Source of the DNA: a virus
Length of the DNA: 64,000 nt
Strand: one strand, 5' to 3'
IMG/VR virus record: IMGVR_UViG_3300042889_001061
Location: 1-64,000 of that record
In this document: positions 30,030-39,877 of the stretch, one piece after another
Layout of the letters: every line of letters begins with the position of its first letter
Position numbering within the stretch: position 1 is the stretch's first letter
Position numbers and translations under genes: made by a program
The notes under the pieces: generated by a model
Databases searched by the model: none
Seen by the model: the letters and a program-made list of their open reading frames with translations, nothing else
Told to the model about the DNA's origin: nothing

Positions 30030-30476
30030 ATGTTTAGAGACCCTAACAAAGACAAACTTAAGAGCCAAAGTATTCTTAAGGAACAATATAAATTACAATG
30101 TAAATGCAGATTGGAAGATTGCGACAATGATCTTACAATTTTTGATGGTCCGGGTAGTGATGGTTTCTGCCGCGAACATCAACTTCAACTTACAGACTAC
30201 GAAGGCGGTATGGGAAAAGCAGATCGCCCACATACATTTTACAGAGGTTGGCTCTGCGAGAAGTGTGGATACGATCCAAGAGAAGACAGTCAGTTTGATG
30301 ATATAGAAGATCCATTTCATAAACTTCGTTGTATGCGAGGAGTAATGCACGGGGATCATTTGGAACGCAAAAGTGACGGCGGCGCAGATACCGCAGAGAA
30401 CATCCAAACTCTATGTTGTAGATGCCATATGATTAAAACATACAAAGAAAAAGATTACTTAAAGGGCAATAAATGA
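30030..30476 (+). CDS. HNH endonuclease
   Basis: CEKCG...GDHLERKSDGGADTAENIQTLCCRCH. Confidence 0.85.
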   Translation: MFRDPNKDKLKSQSILKEQYKLQCKCRLEDCDNDLTIFDGPGSDGFCREHQLQLTDYEGGMGKADRPHTFYRGWLCEKCGYDPREDSQFDDIEDPFHKLRCMRGVMHGDHLERKSDGGADTAENIQTLCCRCHMIKTYKEKDYLKGNK

Positions 30477-30483
30477 ACAAATT

Positions 30484-30507
30484 AAGCAACTGAAAGGTTG
30501 CTTTTTT
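30484..30507 (+). terminator. Intrinsic terminator
   Basis: AAGCAAC-TGAAAG-GTTGCTT followed by T run. Confidence 0.7.
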
Positions 30508-30527
30508 GTGACTGAATATGTTATACT

Positions 30528-31988
30528 ATGTCTATGACATCTTGTACAATACATATTAAAGACGAAGTTAACATTAAGATATCTGACTTAGTAACTGCTA
30601 CTAGACGTAAACTAGAAAAAGAATTCAAGTACTTTCAGCCCTGGGCTTACCACAGTCCAGCATATAAGCTAGGACGCTGGGATGGTTGTGTTAGTTATTT
30701 TAGTCTAGGCGGTAGTACTTACTTTAATCTTCTAGATAGAATACTACCCATTCTAGTTGATGAAGGTTACAATATTGAAATTGATGACCAAAGAACTAAT
30801 CATAACTTTCAATTCCGTGAGGTAACTGAAACAACACATGAACAAACTATTTGGCCCAAAGGACATGTCAATGAAGGACAACCAGTATTACTACGTGACT
30901 ATCAAGTAGATGCTATTAACAAGTTCCTAAACAATTTACAATGTGTACAAGAGATCAGTACTGGTGCCGGCAAAACTATTACAACAGCAACATTATCCGG
31001 AAGTGTGCAGGACTATGGTAGAACATTAATTATTGTTCCTAACAAAGACTTGGTCAAGCAGACATTAGAAGATTATGAACTATTGGGTCTTGATGTAGGT
31101 GTTTACTTTGGCGATAAGAAAGAACTGGGTAAGACACATACCATCTGCACATGGCAAAGTCTTAACGTATTAGAAAAACGTTTTAAAGACGGACTCAGTC
31201 CTTTAAGTCTAGAGGAGTTTGGTCAAGACTTGGTAGCAATTATTGTCGATGAAGTTCACCAAGCAAAAGCAGATGTACTTAAGGCATTGTTAAGCGGACC
31301 ATTTGCTAATGTACCTATTCGTTGGGGATTGACAGGAACTATTCCTAAAGAAGATTTTGAAAAAGTTGGATTAATTGCAACCTTAGGTCCTGTGGTAAAT
31401 AAGATCGCTGCCAAGGATCTACAGGATCAAGGTGTGTTAGCTAACTGCACAGTTAACGTCATTCAATTACAAGAGACAGCACAATACCAAACATATCAAG
31501 AAGAACTGACATTCTTAACGACAAATACTCGTCGCATAGATTTCATTGCAGAGTTCGTAAAAAGTCTTGCCTTGTCTGGAAACACATTAGTATTAGTAGA
31601 TAGAATTAAAGCAGGTGAATTGCTCTGTGAAAGGATCACAGATAGTGTATTCGTCAGCGGCGCAATGAAAACAGGTGATAGAAAAGAACACTATGATGAA
31701 ATTAAAGACAGCGATGGCAAGGTTATTGTGGCGACTTATGGTGTGGCCTCTGTGGGTATTAATATTCCTCGTATTTTTAATCTGGTTCTTTTGGAGCCCG
31801 GAAAGAGCTTTGTTCGCGTTATCCAAAGCATTGGACGAGGTATTAGAAAAGCTCAAGATAAGGACCATGTAGAGATTTGGGACTTGACATCAAGTGCAAA
31901 GTTTAGTAAGAAGCATCTTACTACAAGAAAGAAATACTATGAGGAAGCTGGCTATCCTTATAAAATTGAGAAAGTAAAATACCTATGA
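30528..31988 (+). CDS. uvsW: SF2 DNA helicase
   Basis: LRDYQ, TGAGKT, DEVH, GLTGT, QSIGRGIR. Confidence 0.9.
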   Translation: MSMTSCTIHIKDEVNIKISDLVTATRRKLEKEFKYFQPWAYHSPAYKLGRWDGCVSYFSLGGSTYFNLLDRILPILVDEGYNIEIDDQRTNHNFQFREVTETTHEQTIWPKGHVNEGQPVLLRDYQVDAINKFLNNLQCVQEISTGAGKTITTATLSGSVQDYGRTLIIVPNKDLVKQTLEDYELLGLDVGVYFGDKKELGKTHTICTWQSLNVLEKRFKDGLSPLSLEEFGQDLVAIIVDEVHQAKADVLKALLSGPFANVPIRWGLTGTIPKEDFEKVGLIATLGPVVNKIAAKDLQDQGVLANCTVNVIQLQETAQYQTYQEELTFLTTNTRRIDFIAEFVKSLALSGNTLVLVDRIKAGELLCERITDSVFVSGAMKTGDRKEHYDEIKDSDGKVIVATYGVASVGINIPRIFNLVLLEPGKSFVRVIQSIGRGIRKAQDKDHVEIWDLTSSAKFSKKHLTTRKKYYEEAGYPYKIEKVKYL

Positions 31989-32485
31989 ATATATTAACTT
32001 CTAATAATGAAGCATTTGAGTTGAATTCTTTACCAGAGGAAGTGGAAGATCTGCGATATGGAGTTCTTGATTGGAACGATCCTAAGAACGTTGACTATCA
32101 TTTTGTGCCATTAATCTTCATGGAAACATTTCATGCGCCTGCCGCTGTATTAAAAATCGGTGACTATATTATTCAAGTTCCCCTGGATTGGTATATTGTC
32201 ATAGGTGAAAAAGATCACGGCGACCCAGAGATTGTTCCTATTATGAACATCAATGATCGGGGTTTCAGTGCATTTGCTTTTAACCCTATTAGTAGTTTTA
32301 GATTAGACTTTCAGCCACTGGAAATTATCAATGTGTTTCAAGACATTCGTTGGTATACACCTAAACTTAAACATGGACATATTCTAGCAGTGCCGTTAGA
32401 AACAGGTCCCAAGCCTTTATGTGCTTACTTTGTTAAAGAAACTACCAAGCTACCGGAAGTATTGTCCATAGACAAAATGTATTAA
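31985..32485 (+). CDS. Conserved hypothetical protein
   Basis: Coupled to uvsW; beta-rich. Confidence 0.6.
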   Translation: MNILTSNNEAFELNSLPEEVEDLRYGVLDWNDPKNVDYHFVPLIFMETFHAPAAVLKIGDYIIQVPLDWYIVIGEKDHGDPEIVPIMNINDRGFSAFAFNPISSFRLDFQPLEIINVFQDIRWYTPKLKHGHILAVPLETGPKPLCAYFVKETTKLPEVLSIDKMY

Positions 32486-32502
32486 AGAGCGTATAATACA
32501 GT

Positions 32503-32988
32503 ATGGCAACAAAAGCTCCGATGTTAGATATGTTTAAGCGAGTACTTCCAGCTTTGGATACTCGCAACAAGAAACTCTACGAGAATCTCAGTGAAGAAGA
32601 AATGAAAGGGTTCAGTCCCTGGCTTGTTCAACGATATTTAAGCAGTGCAGAAAGTGCCAACAATGCTGTCATTGAACATTATTTAATTATGACCAATGAC
32701 ATTGTCAATGTTAACTTCAGTGAAGTAAAAGATCCTGAAATGACTTGGAAGTTAATGAGTATGGTTGGTATTGGTAAAAGTCTCAAGCACCCATACATTG
32801 CTCCTGGTGGCGGCAAGAGAAAAAAGAAAAATGCTTTTAAGGCATGGCTCTGTGAGCAATATCCTCACTTAGATGATCAAGAATTAGATATCTGGATCAG
32901 CAACTTAGATAAAAAATCCGCAAGGGATATGTTGGAACAATACCATGTTAAAGACAAAGATGTTATCTCTAGTGCCAATGACTTATAA
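32503..32988 (+). CDS. Possible clamp-loader small subunit-like protein
   Basis: FSPWLVQRYLS resembles the gp62 PF...R.LS motif; weak. Confidence 0.4.
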   Translation: MATKAPMLDMFKRVLPALDTRNKKLYENLSEEEMKGFSPWLVQRYLSSAESANNAVIEHYLIMTNDIVNVNFSEVKDPEMTWKLMSMVGIGKSLKHPYIAPGGGKRKKKNAFKAWLCEQYPHLDDQELDIWISNLDKKSARDMLEQYHVKDKDVISSANDL

Positions 32989-33658
32989 ATGTAAATTTTG
33001 TAATAAAGATTTTGTTCGTGAAACTACACTTATGTCTCACTTATGTGAGAAAAAGCGTAGAATGATGGAAAAAGATTCCAAGCAAAATCGCATTGCTTAC
33101 CAAAGCTGGTTGATATATCGCAAGATGATCATTGCCAATGTCAAGCACGACAAACCCTATGAAGACTTTATCAGCGACAGATACTATCTAGACTTTATGA
33201 AAGTTTCCAAGCATATCATTGATTTGAACTTGGACAAGCCAGAAGAGTTTGTTAGATTTGTTTTAAAAAATGCAATTAAGATTGATGACTGGTGTAAAGC
33301 AGTTGTCTACGAAACCTACGTTAAAGATACAACCAAAAAAGAAACAGTAGAGCGAGCAATTGAGCGAAGTTTGTTAAATATGAAAGCCTGGGCAGAAAAG
33401 ACTGGATATAGTTGGAGTGAATACTTTGCTAAAGTTAGCACAGTTGATGCAGTACAAGATATCAGAATGGGTCGTATCAGTCCATGGTGTACCTTTGCTA
33501 CAGATCAAGGTAGCAGATTAATTGATAGGTTTGAACCCGGACAAGTTCAAACATTGATAGATTACATTGAGCCTTTATCATGGAAGGCCAGAGTAAAACG
33601 TCAGCAGAGTGATGCTGATTGGGTGCAGGAAGTTTTTAACAAGGCGGAAATTAAATGA
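32978..33658 (+). CDS. Protein with N-terminal C2H2/C2HC zinc finger
   Basis: YKCKFCNKDF......L.SHLC; GRISPW motif. Confidence 0.65.
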   Translation: MTYKCKFCNKDFVRETTLMSHLCEKKRRMMEKDSKQNRIAYQSWLIYRKMIIANVKHDKPYEDFISDRYYLDFMKVSKHIIDLNLDKPEEFVRFVLKNAIKIDDWCKAVVYETYVKDTTKKETVERAIERSLLNMKAWAEKTGYSWSEYFAKVSTVDAVQDIRMGRISPWCTFATDQGSRLIDRFEPGQVQTLIDYIEPLSWKARVKRQQSDADWVQEVFNKAEIK

Positions 33659-33888
33659 ATCAATACAAGCAACGAGCAGTACCAGTATTGCTAAAAAGTA
33701 AACAGGTACAAGAAGCACGAGTTAGACTGATCAACGACATGGTTGAAATAGAAATGAATGGTAATAGAGTAGTTGTACCCACTGCCGAATCATATCAACG
33801 TTTGCTGAAAAAGGTTGCAGTATTGGAACAAAAACTGTATGCTACTGATAACAAAGCAAATAGAGCCGCTAGGATGAACAATGAGTGA
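33655..33888 (+). CDS. Hypothetical protein
   Basis: Coupled ORF with coiled-coil end. Confidence 0.55.
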   Translation: MNQYKQRAVPVLLKSKQVQEARVRLINDMVEIEMNGNRVVVPTAESYQRLLKKVAVLEQKLYATDNKANRAARMNNE

Positions 33889-34111
33889 AAAAGATCATAA
33901 CTTAGAAAATATCTATAACGAAGTTATACTAGTTATAGAAAAATTATTAAAGGAAGAGCACGATCCGTTGGCAGTGGCCGCAGTATTTGCCAGTCAAGCA
34001 TTGGGGTTGTATAAAACTGTGTTAAGTGACAAAGACTATAATACCATGGTTGATAGTATTGTTGATAAAAAAGATAGAGTACAGCCTTTTGAATCTAGGA
34101 GTTTACATTGA
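33881..34111 (+). CDS. Hypothetical protein
   Basis: Coupled ORF. Confidence 0.55.
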   Translation: MSEKDHNLENIYNEVILVIEKLLKEEHDPLAVAAVFASQALGLYKTVLSDKDYNTMVDSIVDKKDRVQPFESRSLH

Positions 34112-34686
34112 GCTTTGACGTTGACATAGACTTTGCAGACCGAGAGCAAATTCTTAAAGTAGTTAAACACACAGCCGCTATGCAACATGACGGCAACAAA
34201 GAACGTAAACACAATACAGGTGTTTACTTTCATCACGTGCCCACTAATCCATTTACAGGACTATGCACATTAGATTATAAACAAGCAGAGGATGCTGCCT
34301 GGTTTAAGATTGACTTGCTTAATGTAGGCATCTACAGCAATTTTACCAGCAACGAACAGATTGACGACTTATTAGACAAAGAACCAATGTGGGAATTATT
34401 AGAACACAAAGATGTTATACAACAACTGTTTCATATTCATAATCACAGCGACACAGTTATTAGAATGAAGCCAAAAAGTATTGAACAACTTGCCATGGTA
34501 CTGGCAGTTATACGTCCCGGTAAGAAACATTTAATAGGACGTGGCTGGATTGAGATAGAAAAAGAAGTATGGACTAAAACAGAAGATGTTTATAGTTTTA
34601 AGAAGAGTCATGCTATTGGGTATTCGGCTGCTATTGTATTACAGCTTAATCAATTAGCTTACAGTATTAATAGTGGCAAGACCTAA
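34108..34686 (+). CDS. Miniature DNA polymerase III alpha (DnaE)-like catalytic fragment
   Basis: FDVDIDF, KHNTGVY, FKIDLL, AVIRPG, YSFKKSHAIGY in 192 aa. Confidence 0.75.
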   Translation: MSFDVDIDFADREQILKVVKHTAAMQHDGNKERKHNTGVYFHHVPTNPFTGLCTLDYKQAEDAAWFKIDLLNVGIYSNFTSNEQIDDLLDKEPMWELLEHKDVIQQLFHIHNHSDTVIRMKPKSIEQLAMVLAVIRPGKKHLIGRGWIEIEKEVWTKTEDVYSFKKSHAIGYSAAIVLQLNQLAYSINSGKT

Positions 34687-35364
34687 TAGGCTGAGAGTTT
34701 TAATATAAAACCATCCTATATCAAATTCAAACCAGCGTTTGCTTAACTTTGCACTAGCTGGAGTCATGTGATGGTTATTGTGTAATTCTTCGCCGCCGAT
34801 CCATATAGCCCAAGGTATTAAATTAGTGCTACGATCTTTTGTGTTACCATTTCTATATCCCCACCAGTGACCCAGGCCATTAATAACTCCTGCCGCCCAA
34901 AACGGTATCCACAACATCTGTACTGCCCATATCACAAGTCCCATCCAGCCGAATAACAACAAATTAATGGTCAGCATTACAATCACGCCTGAGTAATTAT
35001 AAGGAGTGTACAGTTTTCTTTCAATCCAGTCATCGGGTGTGCCTCTGCCAAAACTCACTACCATTTTTGCATTTTTGCCCGACAAATAATAATAGTAAAC
35101 ACCTCTGAATAGTATGTTCAAAATTCCATGTACATGTGGACTATGTGGGTCACCTTCTTTATCAGTTGTGCTGTGATGTTTTCTATGTATTGCTACCCAT
35201 TGTCTAGTAATCATGCCAGTGGTTAACCACAGCCATAATCTAAAAAAATGATCAGCAACGGGATGAAATGTAACTGATTTATGTGCTTGGCTTCTGTGTA
35301 AAAAACAGGTCACAGAGACAATGGTGATGTGGGTTAGTATAAGAGTATATAGTATTTCTAGCAT
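34654..35364 (-). CDS. Membrane fatty-acid (delta-9 type) desaturase
   Basis: His boxes HRSQAH, HRKHH, HNNHH; DPHSP. Confidence 0.9.
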   Translation of the reverse strand: MLEILYTLILTHITIVSVTCFLHRSQAHKSVTFHPVADHFFRLWLWLTTGMITRQWVAIHRKHHSTTDKEGDPHSPHVHGILNILFRGVYYYYLSGKNAKMVVSFGRGTPDDWIERKLYTPYNYSGVIVMLTINLLLFGWMGLVIWAVQMLWIPFWAAGVINGLGHWWGYRNGNTKDRSTNLIPWAIWIGGEELHNNHHMTPASAKLSKRWFEFDIGWFYIKTLSLLGLATINTVS

Positions 35365-35378
35365 TATATATACTTATC

Positions 35379-35753
35379 TTATAATTTTTGAACTAGTTGA
35401 ATTTGTCTGCGTTTAATGCGTTTAGTGATAATGTTTTGTAGACTAACTGCTTCGCCATGTAGCAATTCAAAATCCTTGACATTATATGTTCGAAGACTAT
35501 AGCTGAACCGTTTAAATTTAGGTCCTATAAACAAATTAATTGGTAGCTGTCTATTACTCTGCCACCACCATTCTTCTCCGCACTCTAGGAATTCCTGGCG
35601 ATCTTCCTTGCAGTTTAATACGTTTAACACATATATGCTGGCCAGAGTTTGAGTATAGTTTTGTATTATACCTATGACTTCATCTTCCCCTGCCCTGCAT
35701 AGGCTTAAGAAAGGGAAGTTTTCTAATATTTCTTTGTGATCTGACATTGTCAA
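35379..35753 (-). CDS. Conserved hypothetical protein
   Basis: FPFLS, WWWQSNRQLPINLF; minus-strand TAAATA upstream. Confidence 0.65.
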   Translation of the reverse strand: MTMSDHKEILENFPFLSLCRAGEDEVIGIIQNYTQTLASIYVLNVLNCKEDRQEFLECGEEWWWQSNRQLPINLFIGPKFKRFSYSLRTYNVKDFELLHGEAVSLQNIITKRIKRRQIQLVQKL

Positions 35754-35798
35754 TATTTAGCAGCCATTTCAATTCAATTAATTTAAATAAATATAACT

Positions 35799-36614
35799 AT
35801 GAGCGATACATTCACATTACTAGATTATCCGCAACGAAGCGTATTAATATACTCTGATGGATACAGCAGGACAAAAAACATGCCATTTAGCACAACACGA
35901 AAAACGGTCTACAAAGGAGTAGACACGAAGCTGGGTTTTGATATAAAAAATCAAGACCGCAAACCTGTTAACCTGCTAGGTAAAACTATCATGGTCAATG
36001 TCATGCAGGTCAGACGCGGCGAGTTAGTATTACAGCGCAGAGCACAGATCAAAGAACCTCAAAATGGTTATTGCGAGTTTAGTATATTTGGCTATGATTT
36101 AACTGATCTGGAACCAGGAATATATCAACTCAGTGCTCAACTATACGAAGATGATGGTATGGCTCGAAGCTTGTATTCTGATTTAAACAGAGCGGCTACC
36201 ATGGAAATTGAATTAGTAGACGGCGCATATCCTAAATTCTTTAATAGTACATTGTTGCAATTTACACAAGATAACGACACGATGATTAGCCAGCCTGTAG
36301 CAAGTAACTTACAGAAAAACGACAGCAGTACACTACATACTCTTCAAATCGAAACAACTAATTTTAAAGGTAGATTAACTGCTTTTGGTAGTTTAGAATA
36401 CGGTAGTATGGGCAATTACAGTCCTATTAGATTTATCGACGGACAATATTGGCTACCTCTTGATTCATCACCTACAAGCCCAACAATTGGAATAACAGGT
36501 ACACATCAAACTCAGGGTTGGAACTGGCGCGGAAGTTTCCGTTGGATAAAAGTGGTATACACACCCGACACTGATAACACCGGAACAGTTGACAAAATAC
36601 TTTATAGAAGTTAA
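35799..36614 (+). CDS. Late beta-rich (Ig/baseplate-like) protein
   Basis: YKGVD...F.IKNQDRKP.NL; late promoter upstream. Confidence 0.55.
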   Translation: MSDTFTLLDYPQRSVLIYSDGYSRTKNMPFSTTRKTVYKGVDTKLGFDIKNQDRKPVNLLGKTIMVNVMQVRRGELVLQRRAQIKEPQNGYCEFSIFGYDLTDLEPGIYQLSAQLYEDDGMARSLYSDLNRAATMEIELVDGAYPKFFNSTLLQFTQDNDTMISQPVASNLQKNDSSTLHTLQIETTNFKGRLTAFGSLEYGSMGNYSPIRFIDGQYWLPLDSSPTSPTIGITGTHQTQGWNWRGSFRWIKVVYTPDTDNTGTVDKILYRS

Positions 36615-36626
36615 AATAGTAAGGTC

Positions 36627-37598
36627 ATGTCGGCCTTACAAACATTATTACAATCACGCATAAATGGAAGACCTAGTCCCAAGGGCTGGCTGAGTTTCAA
36701 CTGTCCGATGTGCGTGGTCAATGGGCAGAGTCGTCTAGATACAAAACGTCGCGGTGGCATGATGTTTAATCCAGACGGAGCAGTGAGCTATCATTGCTTT
36801 AACTGTCAATTTAAAACAAGTTGGACACAAGGCAGAACACTGAGCTTTAAGATGCGTAAACTTATGCGTCAGCTAGGATTCGATGAAGCAGAAGTACAGC
36901 GGTTAAACTTAGAACTACTAAGCCAAGCAGATGTAGAAATATTAGTACAACGTGAACCAGAGCCAACCTGGACTCCTAGTTGGCCCGACTACGACTTGGG
37001 ATTTGAAGTAAGACCTTTAGATACTCCTGAGAAGATAGAATATTTAAAACACAGACAAGTATATGACTTGGCAATATGGTTGGAGACAGACACAGAATAT
37101 GCCGGCTTAAACAAACGAGCTATACTACCGCTGACTTATGAAAATAGAATAGTCGGCTTTCAAAGTAGATACGTTGGAGAAATACCAGAGAAGTTTTCTA
37201 AGTATTATAAAAAAGCGCCAGCAGACTATGTGTTTGGTTTAGATAATCAGCGAGACAATAGACAGTTTGTTATTGTCACAGAAGGTGAAATGGATGCATT
37301 GTTAACCAGCGGGTTAAGTATTGGCAGTAATAATTTAAGTGACCATCAAGCACAACTGATTGAAGACTTAAATATAGAACCTATCGTGATTCCAGACGCA
37401 GACAAAGCAGGCAGGGACCTAGTAGAACGTGCCGCAGATTACGGCTGGAGTGTGAGTTTTCCCGAATGGGAAAACTGTAAAGACGTCAGTGACGCAGTAA
37501 TGAAATATGGACGCTTGTTTGCTATTCACAGCATACTACAGGCCACAGAACACAGTCCAACAAAAATTAGATTAATGGGAAAGAGATATTGTCAATGA
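36627..37598 (+). CDS. DNA primase (T4 gp61-like)
   Basis: CPMC...HCFNC zinc ribbon; VTEGEMDA and PDADKAG TOPRIM motifs. Confidence 0.9.
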   Translation: MSALQTLLQSRINGRPSPKGWLSFNCPMCVVNGQSRLDTKRRGGMMFNPDGAVSYHCFNCQFKTSWTQGRTLSFKMRKLMRQLGFDEAEVQRLNLELLSQADVEILVQREPEPTWTPSWPDYDLGFEVRPLDTPEKIEYLKHRQVYDLAIWLETDTEYAGLNKRAILPLTYENRIVGFQSRYVGEIPEKFSKYYKKAPADYVFGLDNQRDNRQFVIVTEGEMDALLTSGLSIGSNNLSDHQAQLIEDLNIEPIVIPDADKAGRDLVERAADYGWSVSFPEWENCKDVSDAVMKYGRLFAIHSILQATEHSPTKIRLMGKRYCQ

Positions 37599-39085
37599 GT
37601 AATGAAGTAAAAGAATATAGTGCAGATCTACAAAAATTATTTTTAGAATTTCTAGTAAGCGACAAGGAACTACTAAGCCGTTGCCAAAACGTTTTAGAAA
37701 GTGCTTACTTTACTAGAAGTTTACAAGCAACCGCAGAGTTCATTAAAGACTATGCTGGCAAGTACAGTGACTGTCCCACAGTAGAACAGATTAAAGCAGT
37801 TACAGATACGGAACTTAGAATTATTCCAGGCGAAGCAAGCAGCCACAAGGAATGGTTCTTAACAGAGTTTGAACAGTTTGCCCGCCACAAAGCATTAGAA
37901 AAAGCAATTCTAGCCAGTGCAGATTTGTTAGACAAACAACGCTATGGCGAAGTAGAAAAGTTAATCAAAGATGCCAGTAGTATAGGTCTGCCAAAGAGTT
38001 TTGGCACAGACTACTTTGCTGATCCTAAAGGTCGACTAGAAGCATTGAGAAGAAATAATGGTCAAATTAGTACAGGTTGGAAGACCATTGATTATAAATT
38101 ATTTGGTGGATTTAACAGAGGCGAACTTAATATTTTTGCAGGCGGCAGTGGTGCGGGTAAGAGTTTATTCTTACAGAACTTAGCACTCAATTGGAGTTTA
38201 CAAGGACTCAACGGCGTTTACTTTAGTCTAGAACTAAGTGAGGGATTAAGCAGTCAGCGTATGGATGCCATGCTTATGGGCATAGGTACTGCTGATATTT
38301 TTAAAGACTTAGATAACGTTGACTTGAAAATTAGGACAATGGGTAAGAAAGCAGGTAAGTTACAAATGGTACAACTCACTGCGGGCGTCACAGTGAATGA
38401 TTTAAAATCATGGTTGAAAGAATTTCAGATTCAGCTTAATAAAAAAGTTGATTATGTTATTGTTGATTATTTAGATTTGATGTCTCCGGTGTCTGTAAAG
38501 ATATCAGCAGAGAACACGTTTATTAAAGACAAATACGTTTCGGAAGAACTTAGAGCAATGGCAGTACAAGACAAATACTTATTCTGTACAGCTAGTCAGT
38601 TGAATCGCGGAGCCGTGGAGAGTGTTGAATTTGACCACAGTCATATCAGTGGTGGACTCAGTAAGATTCAAACAGCAGACAACGTGATTGGTATCTTTAA
38701 CAGTATTACTATGCGTGAGCGTGGCAGAGTACAATTACAATTTATGAAGACACGTAGTTCGAGTGCAGTTGGTAGTAAGATTGAATTAGAATTTAATACA
38801 ACTAGTTTACGTATTACTGACTTAGATGAAGATAGTCCAGAAGCACCAACTACAGCAGATGTGTTGCATGATAAACTTCGTCGACAGGCCCGGACAACAG
38901 AGTCCACTAGTACTTCCGCAGGATCTACTAAATGGGAAAAGCCAACTGGAACTCATGCGTGGGATTATCAAGCCGGCGGAAAAGAATTAAAACCAGGAAT
39001 TGAACCTACAAATTCAGAGCCATCCATTGCGATTAGGACAATGGACAGTAATAATAGACTTAATAATCTTCTAAAGAAGAGTTGA
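37589..39085 (+). CDS. Replicative DnaB-like helicase (T4 gp41-like)
   Basis: GGSGAGKS, FSLEL, IVDYLDL, TASQLNR, KTR. Confidence 0.92.
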   Translation: MSMSNEVKEYSADLQKLFLEFLVSDKELLSRCQNVLESAYFTRSLQATAEFIKDYAGKYSDCPTVEQIKAVTDTELRIIPGEASSHKEWFLTEFEQFARHKALEKAILASADLLDKQRYGEVEKLIKDASSIGLPKSFGTDYFADPKGRLEALRRNNGQISTGWKTIDYKLFGGFNRGELNIFAGGSGAGKSLFLQNLALNWSLQGLNGVYFSLELSEGLSSQRMDAMLMGIGTADIFKDLDNVDLKIRTMGKKAGKLQMVQLTAGVTVNDLKSWLKEFQIQLNKKVDYVIVDYLDLMSPVSVKISAENTFIKDKYVSEELRAMAVQDKYLFCTASQLNRGAVESVEFDHSHISGGLSKIQTADNVIGIFNSITMRERGRVQLQFMKTRSSSAVGSKIELEFNTTSLRITDLDEDSPEAPTTADVLHDKLRRQARTTESTSTSAGSTKWEKPTGTHAWDYQAGGKELKPGIEPTNSEPSIAIRTMDSNNRLNNLLKKS

Positions 39086-39547
39086 TTATTTTAAACCACG
39101 AAGAGGTTCTTGTGGCTGTGCCGGTTCAGCAGTTGTAGGTGCACCAACTTCTGCGTTGGGTTCGCTGGCAGGTTGTTCTTGAGCAGCGGCTTCTGAGTCT
39201 CTATTCAAATCAGCTTTTAGTCTTTGGAACAGTGCATTATCTTCGGCAACATAAGCAAGTACAGTTTCCAATAAATCCATCAACGCACTCATTTGATTTA
39301 AGTTTGGTCGACGATTCATGTACATTGCACGAACCCCTGCTTTTAAATCGCTGTAATGATCTTCACCGACTGCATCTTTAATAGAAGCCAAACGACTCAT
39401 TGTGCGTGTAAAACTACTGTGATCAATTTCTTTGCCGCTGACATCCATACCCGGATCGTGATGAACTTCTGGCGCTGCCTCTTCGATTGAACGAAGTTTG
39501 TTTAAAATCGTTCCCATATTAAAATTTGTACTCGACATCATAGTCAT
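39086..39547 (-). CDS. Late hypothetical protein
   Basis: Minus-strand GATAAATA near 39570. Confidence 0.55.
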   Translation of the reverse strand: MTMMSSTNFNMGTILNKLRSIEEAAPEVHHDPGMDVSGKEIDHSSFTRTMSRLASIKDAVGEDHYSDLKAGVRAMYMNRRPNLNQMSALMDLLETVLAYVAEDNALFQRLKADLNRDSEAAAQEQPASEPNAEVGAPTTAEPAQPQEPLRGLK

Positions 39548-39580
39548 AATAGTGCTCCACTGTTAAAGTTATTTATCAGT

Positions 39581-39877
39581 TTGTTAGATAAATACTTTCA
39601 AGGATGGACTATAATAGTGCATAAACATACACGATCTTTACTTGAAGAAATTACCAATATTGTACCGCAGAGAGACAGAGAAAGTTTTGTGGAAAACAAA
39701 GCTGTGAATGTCATTGCAAGTACTCGGTATCTTGTTGAGTATATACAAGAAAATTTCAATCAAGAGCAAAGTGAAGATTTATTAAAACGTTTATTCAACA
39801 GCTTAAAAACTGGTGATGAAATGAAATTCCGCAGAGGAATTAAACAAATTAAAGAAGCAAATAATGGAAGAATTTGA
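39581..39877 (+). CDS. Late hypothetical protein (start probably GTG 39617)
   Basis: TRSLLEEI motif; late promoter. Confidence 0.55.
   Translation: MLDKYFQGWTIIVHKHTRSLLEEITNIVPQRDRESFVENKAVNVIASTRYLVEYIQENFNQEQSEDLLKRLFNSLKTGDEMKFRRGIKQIKEANNGRI

Noticed and set aside
31985-32485. Stand-alone Hint/intein domain next to uvsW
   Set aside because: Only a faint block-B resemblance (LKIG..I..P.DW); no N-terminal Cys/Ser or terminal His-Asn.
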